From the NCBI GenBank assembly GCA_951406725.2, contig OX597819.1, positions 133,238,001-133,302,000 on the forward strand: DNA of 64,000 bases, in the 5' to 3' direction. The position numbers and the translations under genes are program-made. The notes under the pieces are model-generated. The model saw only the letters and a list, made by a program, of their open reading frames with translations, was not told where the DNA came from and ran no database searches. The first letter of the stretch is position 1; each line of letters starts with the position of its first letter. The DNA is from Octopus vulgaris (taxonomy: Eukaryota). This document shows, one piece after another, positions 57,395 to 64,000 of the stretch.

Positions 57395-58470
57395 ATACCT
57401 GAGGTAAAAGAACAGCTAAAGCAAAATATCCTCGACAAAGCACAAAGAATCCAGCGGTATGAGAAACGCCAACGTTTCTTTGAACAAAACAAGCACTTCT
57501 ACTCTAACCCCAAAAGATTCTACCAAGAACTTGGCAAAAATAAAATAGAGATCAATGCAGCACCAACAGCAGAATAAGTGGAATAATTTTGTAAAGAAAT
57601 ATGGTCAGCGAAGGGAGAAGCTCAGAAAAAGATCTATCAAAACAATGAACACAGCATCTGAACCATCCTGCGTCCCGATAGCAACTGAAGAGGTCAACCA
57701 GGCGCTGCAAAAACTAAGCAAATGAAAGGTATCCGGGCACGACAAGATCCCCAACTTCTGGTTAAAATACCCGAGAAAAACACATAACTAGCTTGCTGAG
57801 GAATTCAATGAAGTACTAGCAGAGCCGGAGACAATGCCTGAAAGGAAAGCTATCTTATTCCCCAAATCCACTGAAACGGCAAGTCCACAAAATTACAGAC
57901 CGATATTTTGTCTCACTACAATATACAAAGCCTTTAATGTAATAATATCGCAAAGAATGAAGAAGCATCTGGAAAAAATAACTTGCTTCCAGAAGAGCAG
58001 AAGGGATGCTGCAGGGGCTTATATGGCTGTAAAGATCAGATATTGATCAATAAAGCCATAACTAAAGACAGCTGCAGAAGGAGGATGGGTCTAATTATGG
58101 CCTGGATCGATTACCGAAAGGCTTTTGATAGTATTCCCAAACATGTATCCTAGAAATACTAGCCATGAATAAGGAAGCACCAACAATCATAAAATATATA
58201 AAACATCCATGAATAAATGGCAGACAGTGCTATAGCTCCAGACAAAAGAGGGACTCATAGAAACCAAAGCTACCCCCATTAGAAGAGGAATATTAAAGGG
58301 AGACACACTCTCCACTCCTTTTCTGCTTGGCACTGACACCTTTATCTGACATGCTAGAACTACGGAAATACCTACTTCGGAAGCAGGGAAAGCTAATACA
58401 AACAGCCACAGATCACGAACGAAACAAAAGACTGTTTTCAATCTTTAAGGAAGCTGACAAATACGAAAAT
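57395..58470 (+). mobile_element. R4/Dong-like non-LTR RT remnant
   Basis: [80 protein letters not shown]. Confidence 0.85.
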
Positions 58471-58534
58471 GAAGTCATATGTATTATTATTCACATATAT
58501 ATATATATATATATATATGATGTATGTATGTATG

Positions 58535-58574
<40 letters not shown>

Positions 58575-58590
58575 CATGTATGTATGTATG

Positions 58591-58635
<45 letters not shown>

Positions 58636-58639
<4 letters not shown>

Positions 58640-58796
58640 GACAGTCTTCTTTCAGATTCCGTCTATCAAATCCACTCACAAGGGTTTGGGTCGGCCCGAG
58701 GCTATAGTAAGAGACACTTGCCCAAGGTGCCAGGTAGTGGGATTGAACTCGGAACCATGTGGTTGGTAAGCCAGCTACACAGCCACTCCTGCGCCT
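58636..58796 (-). mobile_element. SINE family B, 5' half
   Basis: Matches 33455-33618. Confidence 0.85.
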
Positions 58797-59620
58797 ATTT
58801 ATGTATATGTATTTATATAAAAAGAGAAAAGCATATCCTAATTAGTGAAATGGAATTCATTTTCTGAGAATATTAATTCGGTTCTTTATGCTGAACATAT
58901 GAATCCGCAAAAGACATCTTGGACAGAACCATTTACAGACAGAAGAGATGAGTGTATTTACTTCGTGGAAGTCTTCTTAGAAACCGAGATATTTCTTCAA
59001 CAATTTAGTCTTTTGGAAAGAGACCAGATTCTCACGTAATCTTTCAATGGACAGTGGTCGGATATCGTTGGCTGAACATGTGCATAGACATATACAGGCA
59101 TAAATAGACAGACGCAGTCACACGCACACACACACACACAAACATACTAACAGAAACGCGCGTGCGCATATCTCGTCTGTCAATACACATCTCTTTATCA
59201 AGTCATAAACGAAGACAGTGAAAGTTAAAATAGATGTCTCTGCTATCAAAGTGAAAAATGCTTTCAAAACAAAAGATCCGTTAACTTAAATGCCCGTCTA
59301 AATGCCACACAACTCCATGAATTTCGGTTAAAAAGAACGAAAACAAAAGAAATACTCGATAGACTCACAGGAAAAGACACCCTGGCAGATTGTTTCGATC
59401 AGTAAGTAAATCAATAATTTGATTTTCTACACGTTTATTGCCAGTTTAGTTAAAAGAGAAACTTAATGCCACTCACGATCATAAAGAAAACCTCGGAGAC
59501 ATAACATTATTTGGCTTATAGCAATAATAATTTCACATGCAGCTGCCGAGGCTATGTACACAGACACACATACTACACACTATGTATACACATATATCCC
59601 TACATATATCTACGTCTCTA

Positions 59621-59657
<37 letters not shown>

Positions 59658-59952
59658 GTGTGAGTGCGTATGTCTATGTTTATGCTCATTGTCGCTGGAT
59701 ATAAAAACTGGAATACTGTGCAAATGTTGACTTTTAAGAAGAATGAAATATATTTTTCCTTCTCTTCTCACCATTTTCCACTTCCAAATAGCATTTTCCT
59801 TTCCTCCTCTTCTCCCTTCTGTGCTTTTCTTCTCTTCTTTTCCTTTTTCTTTTATTTTCTTCTATTCAGTGTTCTCCTCTTTTCCTTTCTCTAACACTTG
59901 CATTACATTCCAAATCTCTTTTGCTCGACACAACTTCTGAATCTTTCTACAG

Positions 59953-60190
59953 ACTCTCCCCATTCCCATGGTTTTGTCTTTCATGTCATCCATTCACGGA
60001 GTTCGCCGCACTTGCATTATCTCCAGTTCTTTTGCAGTCATTTCGAGGAAAGACAGGACGGAGTGCAGAGTGTCGCGAAGAGGAGGCATGAGATATTGTC
60101 AGGATTTGAGAAGAAGACGGTTCGTGAGGCAGCTGCCATGTTCAGAAGCCTGATGCCATTCAAGAAAAGGAACAAAGGACGAGGAGAATA
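59953..60190 (+). CDS. Candidate host exon, unidentified
   Basis: Long polypyrimidine tract (59750-59950), AG acceptors at 59952 and 60037, higher-GC open frame ...HFEERQDGVQSVAKRRHEILSGFEKKTVREAAAMFRSLMPFKKRNKGRGE*. No homolog recognised. Confidence 0.25.
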
Positions 60191-62630
60191 ACAACGTGTC
60201 TTTGAATTCGCAGCGTGTTGCTGTGTGAATATTTGCCAATCAATCCACTGGCATAACTTCGGTTGTAATCCAGTGTGCATGTTTGTGTGTGTGTGTGTGT
60301 GTGCGTGCGTGAATACTCCACACTGTCATAAATAGTTTCTGTCCCTATAATTTAAGCTTCGTCTATGTGTTAAAGTTTTGACCAGGAGTGGCCTTTGAAG
60401 TGTTAATGACCAGAGAATCTAAGGTCTCTTTTCTTGGCGGGTTCTGATTGTTTCTTCCCGCTGCTGAGACAAGATGATTATTTCCCGTTGAAGAATGACT
60501 CCAAAGCTATTGCAGATGGCATTGGAGTCATTCGGTAATTAAGAAACATTCACATTATCTGTTAATGATCTCTGTATATGAAAGATTAAGTACGGATGTG
60601 AGTTAATATCATCTACATAGAAGTAACGTGCCAGAGGGCAGTGTCACCTAGGTGTGCCATATGATAATAGAAGCACATAGGTTTCGTTCGCCGAAATGGA
60701 AGTTAAGACGTTGTTAGTGACAACACCGCCAGTGTTTCTCATTGTTAATAGTTATTAAAACAATTGCCTCTAAGACAGAACTGTGTTCCTTGGAGATTCA
60801 CGGAATCTGCACAGCAGCATACAGAATATATTTTCCATCCTATTTAAATATCACAGATTAAATCCTTTGAATTGAGATGACCCTTCGTCATAGCTGGCTC
60901 ATTAACAAACTTGGAATAACCTAAAATACACGTTGAGAAAGTTCAACTGCTAAATCTCAAGTCCAGTCGTAAACTTTTAAAGCTCAATAAACTTAGCCAC
61001 ATATTTAATTCAGAAGTCATTTCAAATAACACAATAAAATGAAATAAACTTGTTTGACTTGTGAGAGAACATACCAAGAGATATATTCTTCATGCGTGAT
61101 CTTAATATAGAAAATGAATAAAATTCAGGAATGCGAACGTTTAAAAGGTTAAAATGAAAGGAGTACAAATATGGTTCGACTTCTCTTCATTCGTACGTTA
61201 CGAGATACAGTTTTCGTGCTGTACGTAACCATACTAAACATCAATTGTTAGTTAATATAAGCTGTTGATAAATAATTACCGATTTTGTTTTGCAAGAAAT
61301 CGGAAACACATTTCTACTGTTTGAGTCATGAATGAGAAGAGCATCCTGGGTACATTACGAACTCAGGAAACATCTGTAAAGAATGTGAAGCTTCATCAAC
61401 ACGACTGTTGCCAATTCTGACAATTTGTATGACTTTTCTGCGTGATGCAAAGTAGGAAGTAAGATTACTTTTAAAAGTTGTGCTATAAAAACCGCAATGG
61501 GAAACCTGTTTAAAACTAATATACGGAGTAAAGTAATAGCTTTTCATATATTTTCACAAACAATCATATAATTGAATAAAAAGTATTTTCTATTATATGG
61601 CAGTGCAATGGAAAATATGTTTCGAATTATCAATAGATCCTGAACAGAATTTGTTCGCATCCAATACAGCTTACGTAAAAGGTGAAAGCCATAAATATCT
61701 TTATTCTTAAGATATCGCATTCTTTTATGACTCGAAAGCTGACTAAGAATGGATTTATTTCTTTCAAAGAATATATTCTGATTGTCCAACCATACTGATT
61801 ATATAGAATTCGTGAGCCTACTTTCCGAAAGAAATCTGCTTTCGCAAAAGCAATGACTCACAATATTGCTTATTTACTTTGATATAAGTATAATCAAAGA
61901 ATTTTTGTATATATCTCTCTTTTGAATGTGATAAAGACTATTCTCAAACAATTCGTGATTGAAATATACGGCAATTATAATAAGTGTACTGAAACAATAT
62001 CTCATTCAAAACTGGAAGTGAGCTTCAAAGATGGAGAAAATATCGGTGGAATATGCATAAATGTGTGATTTTAAATATTTATGTATGCGATATATTTGTG
62101 TCTGGTTAATATCAAGTGAGGGAGAAACAATGGCTTCAAGGTGAACGGAGCAGACAGTTTAATAAAAAATATTTGCTAATTCTCGCAACTGCGTCATTGT
62201 TGAAAAACCCCCTTCAACTTTAGGTTTCAGAACAGAGGTAGTTTAGGGATTCTCAGCATAATTCTTTATATATTAAAAAACCCGTTTTAAATACAGCAAC
62301 CATCAGTATGAGTGGTCATTTCCATTCTCAGTCTCTCATACTAAATAAACGAAGACAACCTATAATTTCAGAGTGATTAAAAAAAGCTAAACACGAATAT
62401 ATTTCATGCTATATTCATTATTGTCAATTTATTAATTCTCAGAAATTTCTCAAAGAAACAACATCTTCAGCAGATTAAATAATATCGCGCTGAGTGGAAG
62501 ATGGAAGGTTTTGATTTCTCAAGTTTTCTCTTTTTCTCAATCTGTCAAAGATAATGTTTGTGTATAAGGCTTCTTCAGAACACTAGGATACCGTTGATGC
62601 CGGTTAGAACTACTCAAAGAAATACAAAGC

Positions 62631-62795
62631 GTATGTATGTAAGTATGTATGTATGTATGTATGTATGTATGTATGTATGTATGTATGTATGTATGTATGT
62701 ATGTATGTATGTATGTATGTATGTATGTATGTATGTATGTATGTATGCATGTATGTATGTATGTATGTATGTACGTATCTAGCTATGTATGGACG

Positions 62796-62840
<45 letters not shown>
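62631..62840. repeat. (TATG)n then (TA)n microsatellite
   Basis: Directly visible. Confidence 0.97.
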
Positions 62841-62845
<5 letters not shown>

Positions 62846-62940
62846 CAATAATTTAGGGTCAAATTAATTAATTATTAATCAATTTCACCAAGTATTCAGT
62901 ATGTAAAGGGACCATTTTAGGCGAATTCAAAATATTACAT

Positions 62941-63716
62941 TATATATAAGGGCTTAGTAAAATAAATTACTTTGCCACATACTGAACTCATTAGAAATAG
63001 CAGCTAAAGAAATTTCTTCAGCTATTTCTAATACTTAAAGAAGATCTCTCTCAGATAGTGTTTGCCTAAACCAACTCACAAAGGTATGGGGGAAAAAACA
63101 TTAAAAAATCAAGTGCAAAGGTTATTTGAGAACGTACGTTTCTAGATTAGTCAATTCGACATTTCTTTCGTCAGCTCAGAATTCCTTGAATCGGATTTGG
63201 GAACACTGAAAGTTGGGAGCATACCCTTTCGGCTTCTTATCACTTCTAGAATTCTGCTCGAACTAAAAGTGCTATCAAATCCGAATATGTTAAATGCTGC
63301 GGTTTTCACCGTTAATACATGGTGTTTGTCAATTTTAACCCACGCTGGTGGAAAGGGGAGAGCAGAAATTCTTCGCTTGCATATTCGGATTTGATAGCAC
63401 TTTTAGTTCGAGCAGAATTCTAGAAGTGATAAGAAGCCGAAAGGGTATGCTCCCAACTTTCAGTGTTCCCAAATCCGATTCAAGGAATTCTGAGCTGACG
63501 AAAGAAATGTCGAATTGACTAATCTAGAAACGTACGTTCTCAAATAACCTTTGCACTTGATTTTTTAATGTTTTTTCCCCATACCTTTGTGAGTTGGTTT
63601 AGGCAAACACTATCTGAGAGAGATCTTCTTTAAGTATTAGAAATAGCTGAAGAAATTTCTTTAGCTGCTATTTCTAATGAGTTCAGTATGTGGCAAAGTA
63701 ATTTATTTTACTAAGC

Positions 63717-63728
<12 letters not shown>
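62941..63728. repeat. Foldback: 349-bp inverted arms, 90-bp spacer, between (TA)n tracts
   Basis: 62941-63289 is the reverse complement of 63380-63728; no mismatch noticed by eye. Confidence 0.96.
63491..63542 (+). ncRNA. Hammerhead ribozyme motif in the foldback (mirror copy 63127-63178, minus strand)
   Basis: TGAG-CTGACGA-aAGAaatGTC(gaatt)GACtaaTCTa-GAAAC-GTAC-GTT-CTCA: intact core, 4-bp stem I, palindromic stem III, imperfect stem II. Confidence 0.65.
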
Positions 63729-63776
<48 letters not shown>

Positions 63777-63859
63777 GTGTGTGTGTAAATATATATCTAT
63801 GCATAGATACACGTATATATGTATATATATACGTATATGTATATATATGTATATATACA

Positions 63860-64000
63860 TGTGTGTGTGTGTATGTGTGTGCCTTTGGCCCTCCACCATC
63901 GCTCGTCACCCGTTGGTAGTGTGTTTACGTCCCCGTAACATAGCGGCTTGGCAAAAAAGACCGATAGAATAAGTACTAGACTTCCAAAGAATAAGTGCTG
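63860..64000 (+). mobile_element. SINE family B, 3' part, cut by the window end
   Basis: gtgtttacgtccccgtaac..agcgg..ggcaaaa.agaccgatagaataagtact is the reverse complement of 33310-33370. Confidence 0.8.

Overview
AT-rich, repeat-dense eukaryotic DNA; the SINE/LINE repertoire and microsatellite load look like an octopus genome (inference). No confidently identifiable host gene. The centrepiece (16628-28243) is a young Penelope-like retroelement (PLE; RT with YRDD plus C-terminal GIY-YIG endonuclease, resembling the Hydra group) inserted in a (TA)n tract. It comprises a near-full-length minus-strand copy, a 1.28-kb tandem pseudo-LTR and a 4.7-kb inverted 5'-truncated copy. Each pLTR carries a hammerhead ribozyme fold with an unusually long (~85 nt) stem II. 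An older copy at 16062-16170 shows compensatory base changes in that stem. The same 'tail + inverted arms in (TA)n' layout recurs in miniature (349-bp and 161-bp foldbacks, a 48-bp end-to-end fusion), and several degenerate minimal hammerheads are scattered through the window. Also present: an older PLE remnant, a near-intact CR1 ORF2, RTE, R4/Dong, Ty3/Gypsy, mariner and probable Helitron remnants, three tRNA-derived SINE families and many microsatellites. Most short ORFs in the supplied track are microsatellite or antisense artefacts. All calls are by eye; no database search was run.
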